Positions 23,511-36,940 of a stretch of 64,000 bases of DNA are shown one piece after another. Position 1 is the stretch's first letter. Each line of letters opens with the position of its first letter. The stretch lies in contig CM126219.1 in the NCBI GenBank assembly GCA_052327205.1, forward strand, positions 50,840,001 through 50,904,000, given 5' to 3'. This DNA is from Somniosus microcephalus (Eukaryota). A model generated the notes under the pieces. The model did not search any database. It had not been told where the DNA came from and worked only from the letters and a program-made list of their open reading frames with translations. Both the position numbers and the translations under genes were made by a program.

Positions 23511-26500
23511 TTAATTATAAGTCAGTCTCTCTGGAGGCTTCCTGACTCGGTCCGGATAACGCCTCGGTGGTGTAGTAGTTTCTGGTGGTGTAGTAGGTTC
23601 TTTTGGCAAGGCTGATTCGGCTTGAATGCCAATGTCAGGTTCATCGGGTTCCAGTATCACCGGATCGGAGGTAGATATGGGTATCTCTACTTCATCGTTA
23701 GGCGTATAGAGTTGTGGTATAGGTTGTCCCTTTTCGGATGACTCTATGATTTGGTCAGCATGGCGCCTTATTCTGCTTTCTCCGATGTCCATGGTATACA
23801 TCAGCGGTCCTAGTCATGTGCAGATAGTTCCAGGCTGCCATTTCTCGGTACGGTAGTCCCGGGCCAAAACTTGTTGACCTATCTGGAAGGTTCTAGTTGG
23901 CCTTTCATTCATGCCTTGAAATTACTGGTTCTCCACGTCCCTTCTGATGTTGGGCTTGATCAAATCCAGCCGGCACCTTAGGCTTCTATTGAAGAACATC
24001 ATGGCGGGAGTTTGGTTTGTAACCATATGTGTTGCATTCCTGTATGCGAACAAGAAGCTATCCACCTTGTGCTGAAGTTTTATGTCTTCATTACCCATGG
24101 CGTTTATGGCCTTCTTGAAGGTCTGGACAAACCTTTCAGCCAATCCATTGGTGGCGGGATGGTATGGGGCGGACGTGTAGTGCTTAACCCTATTGTTTTT
24201 TAAGAACTTCCTGAATTCTTCGGACACAAATTGCGGTCCATTATCAGATCTGTTCCAGCAGCCCATTCCTGGCAAATATGGTCCTTAATACTGTGATGGT
24301 TTTTTCCGTGGTGGTGGAGGACATCTTTATTACCTCCGGCCACTTGGAGTGTGCATCAACCGCGATTAAGAACATTGAGTCCATAAATAGACCAGCAAAG
24401 TCGATGTGTACCCTTTGCCAGGGAGATGAGGGCCACTCCCATGGATGTAGAGGGGCTTGGGGTGGAGCGTTTTGGACCTTCTGGCATCCTAGGCAGCTCT
24501 TGGTCAATTCTTCTATGTCTCCATCGATACCTGGCCACCATACAAACGCTCTGGCTAGGTTCTTCATTTTCACTCCACCCAGATGCCCCTCGTGAAGCTC
24601 CTTTAGCACTTTATCCTGGAGTTTGGGTGGAATCACCACTCTGGATCCACACATCAAGGTTCCTTGGCATACTGACAGCTGTTCTCTTCTTTGCGAGAAT
24701 GCTGGCAACAGTGGTTCGCCATGTGCTGGCCATCCATTCACCGTTAAGTCGTAGACTCGTGAGAGAGTCGGGTCATTTCTCGTTTCCTTTTCAATGGCAG
24801 AATTTGTTACTGGTAGACATTCCACTATGGTTGAGTGGAACATCTCCACTGGGTCTACTGTAGGTGCCTCTTCTACCGTTGGCAATGGTAGGCGTGATAA
24901 ACCATCAGCATTCCCATGCTGTTTTGATCCTTTGTATTCTATGTTGTATTGGTGTGCCCCTAGAAAAAGGGACCACCTCTGTAGCCTTTGCGCTGTCATA
25001 ATGGGAACACCCTTTTTAGGGTTGAATATGGAGATGAGGGGTTGATGGTCAGTCAACAAGGTAAATTTTTGTCCGTGTAGGTAATGGTTGAATTTCTTCA
25101 CTCCCCATACCAGGCTGAGTGCTTCCCTGTCGATTTGGGCATAGTTACACTCAGCTGAGTTCAATGAGCGTGACGCAAAAGCTATCGGCCGTTCCGAGCC
25201 ATCAGGGAATTTATGCGATAATACTGCTCCTAGGCCGTAAGGGGATGCATCGCATGCCAGTCTGATTGGCAGTGATGGGTTGTAATGAGCCAAAACTTCT
25301 TTGGACGTGATTAAGTCTTTGCATTTATGGAAGGCACGTTTACAGTCTTCGCTCCATTTCCAAATTACTCCTGTTTGTAGCAATTCATTAAGAGGGTGTA
25401 GAAGAGTTGATAAGTTCGGTAAAAATTTATGATAGTAATTTATTAATCCCAGGAACGACCTTAATTGTGAAACATTTTCAGGTGCTGGGGCTTTTATGAC
25501 CGCTTCAATTTTTTCAGGTGACTTATGCAACCCTTCCTTATTAATTATGTGGCCACAATATGTTATTTGATTTTGGAAAAATTCGCACTTGGGGCGATTT
25601 GCTCGTAGGCCCCGTTCTCTCAGCCTAGTGAGCACCTGCTCAAAATTGGCAAGGTGCTCGTTGTCGTTTTCTCCTGTTACAAGGATGTCGTCTAGGTAGC
25701 ATTGAGTCCCCGGAATCCCTTGGAGGACTTGCTCCATAGCTCTTTGCCAGATAGCTGGAGCGGATGCTACTCCGAAAACCAGTCGATTGTACTGGTACAG
25801 ACCTTTGTGTGTATTTATTGTGAGATATTTTTTAGAGGCCTCTTCAACCTCCATCTGTAGATATGCCTGTGCCAAGTCAATTTTGGTGAAACGTTTCCCT
25901 CCGGATAGTGAGGCGAAAATATCTTCTATCCTCGGAAGAGGATACTGTACCGTGTGAAGGACCGGGTTTACCGTCACCTTGAAGTCTCCACGGATGCGAA
26001 TTTTTCTCTGTTCTTCAGATTTATTATTATTCAATGCTTTCTTCATGACTGGAACGATGGGTGTTGCCCACTCGCTCCAATCTATTTTGGATAATACGCC
26101 TGCATTTTCCAAATTCTCCAGCTCTGCCTCGACTGCTGGACGAATTGCGTATGGCACTGGTCTTGCTTTAAAAAACTTGGGAATTGCTGCATCTTCCACT
26201 TTTATTGAGGCGGTGATGCCTTTCAAGGTTCCTAGTTTCTCTTGAAACACTTCTTTGGCGTTGGCCAAGGTGTCTTTTAATCGTTCAGGTATGACGTCAT
26301 CATCATTTTTTTTCTTACTGGTCACCGTCAGTGCCTGAATGGAGTGCCAGTCTAAATGTATTTTCCTGATCCATTCACGTCCTAACAGTGGTGGGCCACC
26401 ATCTTGTAGAATGTATAAATACAACTTTTGTATTTCCTTGCCGTTGTATACAACAGGCACCCTTATTTTTCCTTTGGGGTATACTTTCTGCCCCGTATAT

Positions 26501-26754
26501 GTTTTCAAGATAATGGATGTGTCTTTTAAAGGTATATGCGGAAATAGCCTCTCGTAATCCCATCGATTTATTACGGTCAGAGCTGATCCTGTATCTAGCT
26601 CCATTTTAACTGGGGACCCTGCTATCGTGAGGGTAACCCAAATGGTCTGGTAATCATCCTTGGCAAGTACATTATGTAATTTGAGACAGCTTAGTCTCTT
26701 GTTTTCGGAGTCGCTATCGCTCTTCTGGTCTTCGGAGCTACTGTCCGTCATCAT
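23511..26754 (-). pseudogene. pol: Gypsy Pol (PR-RT-RH-IN), with an 836-aa open segment and frameshifts in the integrase
   Basis: MELDTGS (PR), YLDD (RT), ACDAS/TDHQPL (RH), GHLG..CLGC and HIDFAG, DNGPQF, NGLAER (IN) across ORFs 24244-26754, 23922-24275 and 23511-23801. Confidence 0.92.
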
Positions 26755-27581
26755 TTGTACCTTTCTGTACTTTTCTTTATTGATTTTTTTTTCCTGTCTG
26801 TGGATTTATTTTGTCCAGATCGGCATACCCGTGCAATGTGTCCAATCTTTCCGCATTGCCTGCATGCTTTGTCCTTGAGCCAGCAGTCCCTCTGGTCATG
26901 GGTGGATCTGCCGCAGCGATAACATCTCTCGAAACCCTGTGTTATTTCATGGGTGCCGAAGTCCTGTGTCTTTTGTTGTATTTCTGCAGCTCCTCTTGCA
27001 GCTGCTTCGTATGATACAGCCATACTGAAAGCCTTGTCCAGTGTTAAATCTTTTTCAGAAAGCAGCCTTTTCTGTGTTCCTTCACTTAAGAGACCGCAGA
27101 CGAATTTGTCTCGAAGATAATCTGCTAGTCCTGCCCCGAATTGGCAGTGTTTTGATAGCTTTCTTAATTCGGTGAGGTAATCAGCGTTACTTTCATTCTT
27201 GTGTTGATTTCTCTTGAAGAATTGGAATCGCTCCGCTATCAGCAGCGGTGTTGGGTTTAAGTGCTCCTGTAGGGTATCAACAATTTCTTTAAAATCCTTG
27301 TCCTTTGGTTTGGCTGGAGTGATTAAATTTCGTAACAGCCCGTATGTCTTTGCGCCCATTAGATTCAGCAGTACTGAAGCTTTTTTTTCATCTTCTATTC
27401 CATTTGCAGTGCAATATACCTCCACTCTTTCCACATATGTGGTCCAATCCTCTATCTCGCTATCAAAAGCATCAATATTGCCAGACTTAGGCATCTTAGA
27501 AAAGATATGGCGCTTCCCGCGCTTTTCTTTCTTTTCTGCAGAAAAGATATGGCGCTTTCCCGCCACTGCTGCCGATGACAA
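26751..27581 (-). CDS. gag: Gypsy Gag with two CCHC knuckles (likely start at MPKSGNIDAFD)
   Basis: DWTTYVERVEVYC, LRDKFVCGL, CYRCGRSTHDQRDC, CRQCGKIGHIARVC. Confidence 0.9.
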   Translation of the reverse strand: MSSAAVAGKRHIFSAEKKEKRGKRHIFSKMPKSGNIDAFDSEIEDWTTYVERVEVYCTANGIEDEKKASVLLNLMGAKTYGLLRNLITPAKPKDKDFKEIVDTLQEHLNPTPLLIAERFQFFKRNQHKNESNADYLTELRKLSKHCQFGAGLADYLRDKFVCGLLSEGTQKRLLSEKDLTLDKAFSMAVSYEAAARGAAEIQQKTQDFGTHEITQGFERCYRCGRSTHDQRDCWLKDKACRQCGKIGHIARVCRSGQNKSTDRKKKSIKKSTERYK

Positions 27582-28979
27582 CGCTGTTTCCCGCAGTTTC
27601 CGTTCTTTTTTTATTTATTTATTTACAGTTGGAGACTCGTTCCCACTGGACTTTCTCTCTAGGTCTGAACGCCAACCTGTTTGCAGCGCCGGCTGTCTCC
27701 CGAGTGCTCCCTCCCCGTCTGTTACTGCTTGCCTCCGCTTTCGCTGCTTGGCCCAGCTGTAGAACCAGCCGCTGGAGCCCCAGCCTGACGCCCAGGAAGG
27801 ATTAGCGCAGTACCTGCCACCAGCTTGGCCAGCTGGTGAAACCACAGCTTTTTTCACTTTCTTGATTCTTCTGGACGCCAGAGGAATCGATGTCCTTGAG
27901 GTGCTGCCGAATTGCAGGTAAGTCCGTTTCCACTTCGTCGCCACTGTTGTGTCTGTGTGTTGATAGAGACACTGAAGACAGGAGTTGGTTTCATAGGTGT
28001 TTACTAAACAAAGTCTGGAGGGGAACTAATGGATATAACACAATATACAGGCTTATATAGCCCAAGTGGCCATTACCGGAATTACAGTACACATGGGGCT
28101 ATTAAAGGCACATACACTACATATACGTTATATATGTATTTTTTCTCTTGCATTACCAATAGTCTTCTTTGAAGAATGATCACCACCCCTTCAGATGAGA
28201 CAACAGCTTGAGTAACAGACCTCTGCACTGTCACTACTGATCCGCGATCAGCTATCACAGGAGGTACAACTGATACAGGATGACCTGGCTGATGGTATTC
28301 CACTCTTCCTGCCCCTCCCAAGCGGTAGCAAGATGTACTGAGCTGCAAAATTGGACTGAGTGGCAGGTAAGCAACCCTGGGACTCAAAACTGCTGACCAT
28401 CTGGTTGAGAAGCGTACATCTTGATACCTGTACTGCTATATTGATTGAATACAAGTGTCATTTTCTAATTCTTCAACGGAAAATACAAATCATTTTCTGA
28501 TATCTAACAGGAAAATCAGATGTGCAATGCGAACTATCAATTGATATGATTGTGCATGTTGAATATGGTTCTCTCGACCATGTCAATGTGTTTGTAGATT
28601 GTTGTGTGTAAGGACACTGGATTTCACTGAAACAAAATTTCATAATATTTTAGACACTTAAATGACTTTAGTGCAGCCCAGTATAGTTGACATGAAGTAC
28701 ACAGCGATTCCACACTTTATTCAACCAGCCTTTTATTTAAAAGCACCTTCATCATTGATATCACGTGGTAATTCAGTGAACTGTTATGCTTCAAATCATA
28801 CAGGCCTCAATATTTTACCTTCCTATATAACTCGGTCCATGCCTTGGGATTTTTATACTGGATTCCCAGTACTTTGTCAAGGGAAGCTATTGTTTCAGCA
28901 GATTCATATACAAAGTCAAGCCTAGATTTGACATCAAAGTGCAAAAGGAAATGGGCCTGTTGGACTGCCTTTTAAAAGA

Positions 28980-29426
28980 AAGAACTAGCATTTATGTAGC
29001 GTCTTTCATGACCTCAGAACATCCCAAAGTGCTTTACTGCCAATGAAGTAGTTTTTTAAAGTGTAGTCACTGTTGTAATGTAGGGAAATGCAACAGCCAA
29101 TTTGCACACAGCAAGATCCCACAAATAGCAATGAAATAATGACCAGATAATCTGTTTGTATAGTGATGTTGGTTGAGGGATAAATATTGGCCAGGACACC
29201 TCCCCCGGCTCCTCTTGAAATACCATGGGATCTTTTACACCCACCTAAGAGGGCAGGGCCTCAGTTTAATATCTCATCAGAAAAATGGCAACTCCTACAG
29301 TGCAGCACTCCCTTAGTACTATTCTGAAGTGTCAGCCTAGATTGTGTGTTCAAGTCTCTGGAGTGGGACTTGAACCCACAATATTCTGACTCATAGGCAA
29401 GTGTGTAACCACTGAGCCAAGGCTGT
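28980..29426 (-). mobile_element. tRNA-derived SINE with L2-type tail (SacSINE1/DeuSINE-like)
   Basis: A box TGGCTCAGTGG and B box GGTTCAAGTCC on the minus strand. The body matches the copies at 55407 and 57797. Confidence 0.75.
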
Positions 29427-29454
29427 TCATGCTGCTGTTTGCAAGAAATCCCTC

Positions 29455-29839
29455 AACAGACACTTGCAGCATCCCTTCCCCTGCAACTGCGTCAGTTGCA
29501 ACACTAGTGCATTTACCTCCTCCCGCACCACTGTCTCGAGCCTCAAACACTCCTTCCATGTGACAGCAATTCACGTATACTTCCTTTAATCTTGTATACT
29601 CTTTGTTGTTCAAGGATACACCAAACACAGATTAAGTAACCACTTTGCCAAAAACCTCCATTCTATCCACAAGTGTGACCCTGTTCCTCAAAACTTTAAC
29701 TCCGCGTCCCATTCCCACTTTCTGGTCTCCTACATAGTTCCAACAAAGTGCAACACAAGCCTCAGGAGCAGGATCCTATCTTTCTGCTGGGCATTCTGGA
29801 TCCCTCTAGTCTGAACATTGACATTAGTAACTTCAGACC
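29455..29839 (+). mobile_element. Old PLE GIY-YIG fragment; its 3' UTR resumes after 34776 and ends near a hammerhead remnant at ~35415
   Basis: Resembles 11280-11700 (ttcccctgcaac..tgcaacac, ctccttcca.gtga, aacttcagacc). Confidence 0.55.
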
Positions 29840-29882
29840 TGTAATATACGTGGGTAGAACAAATGAAGGACAGAGACACGAT

Positions 29883-30711
29883 GGGCTGGATTTTCATTGA
29901 GGAGGCGGGACTACAACTTTCGGGGTTGCAGTCCCGCCTCCATCGAGTTGTAGCCAACCCACGCGATTTTGACTTGACTGACCTTGTTGAGCCCGCCCAG
30001 CGGGCTCAGCAGGCCAATTAAGGGCCACCCGGCAACAGGTGACGTCACAGATTGATATTTCATCTGTCAAGACTTTTGACAGATGAAATATTAGCGTTTG
30101 ACAGCTGTTTGAAGCTGTCAAACACTGACAATCTGTACTCTAAGTTAATTCCTTCCTCTCAGGATGATTTAGAGATCTCTCCGGAACAGAAAGTTGAATG
30201 CTGCAATTTTTGACAGATCGCGGCCATTCCGCTTTCTGTGCCGGTGAGATGAGGGACTCCCGAGACCTAAAGGAAGGAAGGCTGTAAAGGTAAGTAAAAC
30301 TTCTTTAAACACTTTAAACACACCAAACACACTTACCTCTGCACTCTTGCACCCATCACTCACCTGAAACCGGACATCTCGACCCCTCCAAGCCCTTCAG
30401 CCAGACGGCCCACCTCACTAACTTGGCGTGGTTTGGAGCTGTCGGGAATCCCACACTTCAAGAATGAAAATAGGGATTAGGCTAAAAACTGCCTGTTAAC
30501 TACCTGTTAACAGGCAGTTAATTGGCACTAATCCCCTTCCCGCCTCGGGGAGGCGGGTCCCAGTGCGGATCGGTTACCCGCCTCCTTTGAAAAGACATGG
30601 AGGCGGATTGGGGGGCAGGATGGATTCGTGCCCCCCCCACCCCCGATTTCAGGATTTTAACCCCCCACACGCCTCCAATCCCGCCTCCACGGCCCAATGA
30701 AAATCCTGCCC
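29883..30711. mobile_element. Harbinger MITE inserted in the Gypsy 3' LTR
   Basis: TIR GGGCTGGATTTTCATT / AATGAAAATCCTGCCC. The 3-bp TSD GAT is confirmed by the empty site in the sister LTR (gacacgatgagttg). Confidence 0.9.
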
Positions 30712-31092
30712 GATGAGTTGCTGGTCCATGTGCTTGCTTTATTAGGCCAGAGCGAACTGAGCATGCTCATAGCAAACCATGTGATAATACATTACGCTGC
30801 TTTCCCCCTTAAAAAATGTATATATTCCCCTCTCAAATACAACAAAACTATGGTCTCACCTTTCCCAGCATTGCATGTACCACATAACAAAAACTCTTGG
30901 CTCTTTTTCTTTTAAATGAACTACAAATCCTACAAATGAACTACAAATCCAGTTTAATAACAGGTTTGCGGAGCCTTCCTGATCTCTTTACAGAAGGCTT
31001 TGGTGTTGAACCAATTTTCGGGCTATTTTGTTTTGGTTCCGAACTCAAAGGTGATCCTGTTTCTATCTCAGACTTGTTTGGACCTGGTACTT

Positions 31093-32250
31093 AGAAACAT
31101 AGAACATAGAAGATAGGAGCAGGAGTAGGCCATTTGGCCCCTCGAGCCTGCTCCGCCGTTTAATGAGATCATGGCTGATCATCCAAACTCAGTAGCCTGT
31201 CCCTGCTTTCTCCCCATATCCCTTGATCCCTTTAGACTTAAGAAATATATCGAACTCCTTCTTGAATATATTTAATGAATTGGCCTCAACTGCCTTCTGT
31301 GGTAGAGAATTCCACAGGTTCACCACTCTCTGGGTGAAGAAATTCCTCCTCATCTCTGTCCTAAATGGCTTACCCTTATCCTTAGACTGTGACCCCTGGT
31401 TCTGGACTCCCCCGCCATCGGGAACATCCTTCCTGCATCTAGTCTGTCTAGTCCTGTTAGAATTTTATAAGTTTCAATGAGATCCCCTCTCATTCTTCTA
31501 AACTCCAGCGAGTACAAGCCCAATCGACCCAATCTCTCCTCATACGTCATTCCTGCCATCCCAGGTATCAGTCCGGTGAATCTTCGCTGCACTCCCTCCA
31601 TGGCAAGAATATCCTCAGATAAGGTGAACAAAACTGCACACAATACTCAAGGTGTGGTGTCACCAAGGTCCTGTACAACTGCAGCAAGACATCCTTGCTC
31701 CTGTACACTCATCCTCTCGCTATGAAGGCCAACATACCATTTGCCTTCTTAACCGCCTGCTGCACCTGCATGCTTACCTTCAGCGACTAGTGCACAAGGA
31801 CACCCAGGTCTCGTTGCACTTCCCCTTTTCCCAATCTATTGCCGTTCAGATAATAATCTGTCTTCCTGTTTTTGCCACCAAAGTGGATAACCTCGCATTT
31901 ATCCACATTATACTGCATCTGCTATGCATCTGCCCAATCACCCAACCTGTCCAAATCATACTGGAGTTTCTCTGCATCCTCCTCACAGCACACACGCCCA
32001 CCCAGCTTTGTGTCATCTGCAAACTTGGAGATATTACATCTAGATCCCTCGTCTAGATCATTAATATATATTGTGAATAGCTGGGGTCCTAGCACTGATC
32101 CCTGCGGTACCCCACTAGTCACTGCCTGCCACTCGGAGAAAGACCCGTTTATTCCAACTCTTTGCTTCCTGTCTGCCAACCAGTTCTCTATCCAAGTCAG
32201 TACCTTACCCCCAATCTCATGTGCTTTAACTTTGCATGCTAATCTCTTAT
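31093..32250 (-). mobile_element. CR1 LINE, 5'-truncated, inserted in the Gypsy internal region
   Basis: Highly similar to 15689-16820, with [12 protein letters not shown] and a tail of agaaacat-type repeats. Confidence 0.92.
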
Positions 32251-35200
32251 CTCAGTTACTGAAGTCTGAACTGAGTCAAACTCATGTATGTGTTCATGAT
32301 CAAGTGGTTCACGAACATGCCTTGGTTCATCTCTAGCAGAGATCATTTGATCTACATGAACACTTCGGATGTTGTCACCAATTTCAACCAAATACCTCTT
32401 GGTTCCACCAACCTCTACTATGGTTCCTATGTTCCACTTGTGTGAACTCGACTTGCCAGGGGGACTGAGAACACGAACACACTCGTTTTGTTTGAAACTG
32501 CATTCTTTCTGATTGGTGACGTAATAACGCTTCTGACTCAACTGTTTCTGTTCAACTCTTGAGGACAAATTCGGTTCAACAAGACTCAATCGTGTTCTCC
32601 TCTTCATCAGGGGTTCTGCTGGGGTATAGCCAGTTGTTGTGTGCAGAGTAGTTCTGTACTTCAGTAAGAAACTTGAAAAAATTGCTTCATGCTGAGTCCC
32701 AAACAACCCTGCAACACTTGCTTTTTGAGAACTTCTTTCACTATTCTGACTGACCTTTCGGCTGCTCCGTTTGAAGCTGAATGATATGGTGGAAGGAGAG
32801 TGTTTTTGGTACCGTTCCATTTCATGAATTCTTGGAGTAGAGCATAACTGCTCATCGTCAACTGCTTGGTTGATAGTAACTTTGTAGTCGCTGCACAAGC
32901 GTACAGTTTTGTCTGCTTTGGGTACTACAATAATCAGGATAGCCCATTCACTTTTGTCAGTTTTTACTAGCACTCCGTTCTCTTTGAGCTTCACTAACTC
33001 TTCCTCCACCTGACTTTTCAACGCATAGGGGACCGGCCTTGCCTTACAATAGACAGGCTTCGCGTTGGACTTGATGCAGATATGTGTGTCATACCCAGTG
33101 ATGCCCTCATAACTGTCTGTGAACATGCTTTCGCACTTGTTCAGCATTGCGTTGAGTTGCTTCTTTGAAGCATCTGCGCTGAAAATGTTTTTCCAGTCTA
33201 GTTTTAACTTTCTCAACCAGTCTTTGCCCATGAGAGTTGGCCTGTTGTTGTAGCTCACTACAATAATAGGCAGCTTTACTGACTGGCCATTGTGTTGAAC
33301 TGTACATTCCATTTGTCCACATGTCTCTAGGATTTCTCCAGAGTAGGTTTTTAACTCTACAGTACTCTTTGTAAGTGGTACTTGATTAAAGTTACTCTCA
33401 TACGTGTCCTTACTCATGATAGAGCAGTCCGCCGCCATGTCGATGCACGTATCAATATATTGCTCGTTGATCAAAGGTTTTGTATGGAATTCTTTCTCAC
33501 AACTGCTAGTGTTGCCGCTAATGGCATAGATACTGTAGATGCCTAATTCTTCAACATCAGGTGTGTTCACTTCAATATTGTTGTCACTGCTCTGCATTGC
33601 CACTAGAATGGTTCTTACATCCTACTTTAGATCTAGCTCTGCAAACTGTTGAAATATGGTCTTGCTTCTGGCAGTGAAATCACGTCGCATTTCTGTATTG
33701 GCAGGACTGTGGTGAATGATTTCCATTGCAGCGATAACAATTCACTGAACATGCTTTTGACTTGGTCTCACAGCTTTAGGTTTGGCTGTGGCTTTGTGGC
33801 TGAAGACCTCAGCTGCACTAGTCACCTGAGTTGGACGGTGTTCCCTAGCATTCTTAGATGCCATCTTCATAGATAGGACTATTTTGCATGCTATATCAAA
33901 TGTTAGATTCGGAGTGTTTGCTCATCCACCAGTCCACACACAAACTTATCTCACAACGCACGATCCAAAAATGTACCGAAGTTACAATGCAAAGACAGGT
34001 TCTTAAGAGCTACAATGTACTTACTGATGGTTTCACTTTGTTTTTGGTTTCTGGTACCAAACTTACAGTTCTCTGCTATTTCTAATGGCTTTGGGTCAAA
34101 ATGGTCCTCGAGTCTCTTGACAATGTCTTTAAACGACGCATCCTTCACTTTCCCTGGTGCGAGTAGGTTTGTCAAGATTTTGTAGACATCTAGCCCGATG
34201 TCCGTTAGAAAAATTGCTTTCTTCCGTTCACAAATTAACTTTATTTTGAGCTTGAACATTCTCATCTGCATCTTCGTTCTCAATAATGTTATTGGCCCTT
34301 AAAAAATCTCCATCCGCTCAATGTAACAACTGAATAGTTCATGAGCTCGGTCCTACATGCCGTGGCTTCTGATGAATCCCGTAGGCACAGTCGTGATTGT
34401 CCCGATCCCGTTGAACGGTGACTCAGCACACTACCTGTGTACCTGTGAGAATCAACGCCACTGTTGCTGTGTATACATACACATGAAGCCGAAGCACAAA
34501 CGATTCTGCATGAACATTAATGGTAAAACATCACAAAAATTCAGTTTAGGTGTCACAAATTCAACTTATACTTATCCACTCGAAAGTTGAACACTATGTC
34601 CTTCCATGATCCCTAAAAATGGCTTCGGGATCCCATCCTCATCGCCAAAATGTAACATACGTGGGTAGAACAAATGAAGGACAGAGACACGATGAGTTGC
34701 TGGTCCATGTGCTTGCTTTATTAGGCCAGAGCGAACTGAGCATGTTCATACCAAACCATGTGATAATACATTACAAGACCTTAGCTACATCTTCCATTTT
34801 CTTAACAGTATGGGATGCTTGTGATGTAGCTGGAAATGCTGGTGCTCTGAAGGAGGGGAGTTGGGGTGATGTTTGGGGTGATGCCCCTGCGATAGAACAC
34901 AGTGCTGGTGGTGGGGTGGGGGGAGGTTGTCTGAGGATTAACAGAGACATTGGGGTGAATCTCAACTTTGGCGGGAGCACAAAACGGATGGGAACAGATC
35001 GGCTTCCCTTTGTATACCTCATCTGATTTTCCTACTGAAGGAATTTCACCTCTACTGTGTTTGGCCAGCATTTTCTGCTTCAATTTCATATCTGCTGAAT
35101 TTTTAGCTGGCTTTTGTTACCCCCCCTCTCAATTTCCCCCCATTTTCCTACCTTCTTACTTGTGTAGGTCTCACCCATGGTTTTCACCCACCTACGCCAC

Positions 35201-35651
35201 CACTATTTATACATTCTTTTGTTCCTTTATGTCTCTTCATCACTTCACTGGTAATCTTTTAAATCATCTAACTGTTTTCGATTGGGCAACTAGGCCATTC
35301 AATCCATTAACTCTCTCTCTGTGATTGGCTGTCGATTCTCTCCGCTCTCCCTCCTCCCCTTTCTCTCTCTTTTTTCAAATCTTACTACAATTACTGCTTG
35401 TCTTTTAGTCCTCAATTCTGATGAAAGGTACATATGACAGCCTCATACCTTAGAGGCTCCCTATTTATTATTGAGCAAGCCTTTGGCCTAGTGATAGCAT
35501 TCCAGCCTCTAAGTCAGAAGGCGCAGGGTTCTAACACCCACCCCAGACAGTCCTGGTGAGCGGAGACTGGAGCTCCACCTCTGAATTTGAGGTCGACATC
35601 TGGTGGGATACTTACATCTGTTGGGTCATACCACCCCCACATCTTATGGAT

Positions 35652-36230
35652 TGTGGTAGCTCATAAAACCCTTCTGCCCTATGGGACTAATCACCCTATT
35701 ATTGGTATATAAAAATAATCACCTTGAAAGTCCTTCCATTGCTTGGAGGCAAAAACAACCCACTTGCCTTTGAATCCTATCCTTGATTAACAGTTTTGTT
35801 TAATTGTGAAGGTTACCCTTTGGGTTAACATCAAAGGAAAACCCAGGCTGTTAGCACTTGGCTTGCAGTGCCCTCTCACTGCAAGAGCTGCAGGGAGATG
35901 AAAGGAGTCTGTGGGTTGTCTGCCCCATGTAAAAGGTCTACTTTATGGATGTGTGGTCTGTGTTTATGAGAATTACTGCAACTTTGGGACTTTTGTTTTG
36001 AAGGTAATCTGAAAAAACTGGTGAGAAATGAAGTATTCTTTTAAGTGTACTTAATCTGGATTATTCTTGCTTCTGTTTAATATCACTTCTTAATAAACAC
36101 AGTTTAGCAGTTTTTGAGCTGAGATATGATCTGACGGTGTGTTAGATTCTGCCAGTTTCAGAGGTCAGCAGGTAAGGGCATATTCCCACTGTATATACTG
36201 ATGGTTAAAAGAGTTTCCAGGGATGTGACC
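35652..36230 (+). repeat. Possible old solo LTR
   Basis: Starts TGTGGTAG, has AATAAA at ~36092 and ends near gggatgtgac. No clear TSD. Confidence 0.25.
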
Positions 36231-36806
36231 GCCGTCCCCTGATACTTTGTGCATTAGATCAAGCTTCTGATCACTGTGACTGTGGAAGCTGACTTTTGTG
36301 CTAAATAAGCGGAAAATACTGGGACGGGCCCCGAATCAAAACAATCATTACTAACAGGATTCAAAATGGAAGATCTGCCTTTCTGTTCACTGCAGAATAA
36401 TATTGACGTGCAAATTTCAAGTTCTGCAAAATTGATTTTGTGTTTACGTTGTAGTATTGTTCAGATAGAAGCAGTGCTATGAAAATCCCCCATTCACCTT
36501 GCAGCGAGGATTCCATGACGCCAACAAACACCTGCACAGTCGTTGGCAAATCTAAATTTGGAACCTCATCTCTTTGTTGGGCCTCCCTGATGGCCAGGAA
36601 AGGTCATTACAGCCCAGCAAAGGGAAAGTTGCTTTGTTCGGCTTCACTGAAAAAACAATGACCAGTGTTTTGGTGGTGTTGCCTCCAGAGACACCAGTGA
36701 AAAGCATCGCTTCAGCAGGGCATTTACCATGCCACCGATGGCAAACCCACCTTTGGCAGCAGTGCTGTAAATAGGTTATTATCTTCCATTGAAGATAAAT
36801 GGTCAT

Positions 36807-36940
36807 GTTCTGACAAAAGGTCATCGACCTGAAACGTTAACTCTGTTTCTCTCCACAGATGCTTTCTGACCTGCTGAGCATTTTCCAGCATTTTCTGTTT
36901 TTATTTCAGATTTCCAGCATCCGCAGCGTTTTGCTTTTGT
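36807..36940 (+). mobile_element. PLE terminal fragment with degenerate hammerhead
   Basis: ctgacaa-aaggtc-atc-gacct-GAAAcgttaac followed by tgacctgctgagcattttccagcattttctg. Confidence 0.7.

Larger units (their letters stand above)
23241..28121 (-). mobile_element. Full-length Gypsy LTR retrotransposon (Mag/K02A2.6-like), young but frameshifted
   Basis: 177-bp TG..CA LTRs at 23241-23417 and 27945-28121, differing at 2 positions. 5-bp TSD TATAC, PBS TGGCGACGAAG (tRNA-Ser-like) and PPT AAAAGGGGAGGAAT. Confidence 0.95.
29840..34775 (-). mobile_element. Gypsy LTR retrotransposon (Mag-like), internally deleted, with ~125-bp LTRs
   Basis: LTRs 29840-30796 (split by a MITE) and 34651-34775. TSD AGACC. 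The PBS at 34630-34647 matches the 3' end of tRNA-Ser(GCT). PPT AAGGGGGAAAG. Gag remnant 33951-34283 and PR/RT-IN remnant 32239-33603. Confidence 0.9.

Noticed and set aside
28150-28390. Possible host exon (ORF 28082-28387, GT donors on both strands)
   Set aside because: No recognisable homology and no partner exons.
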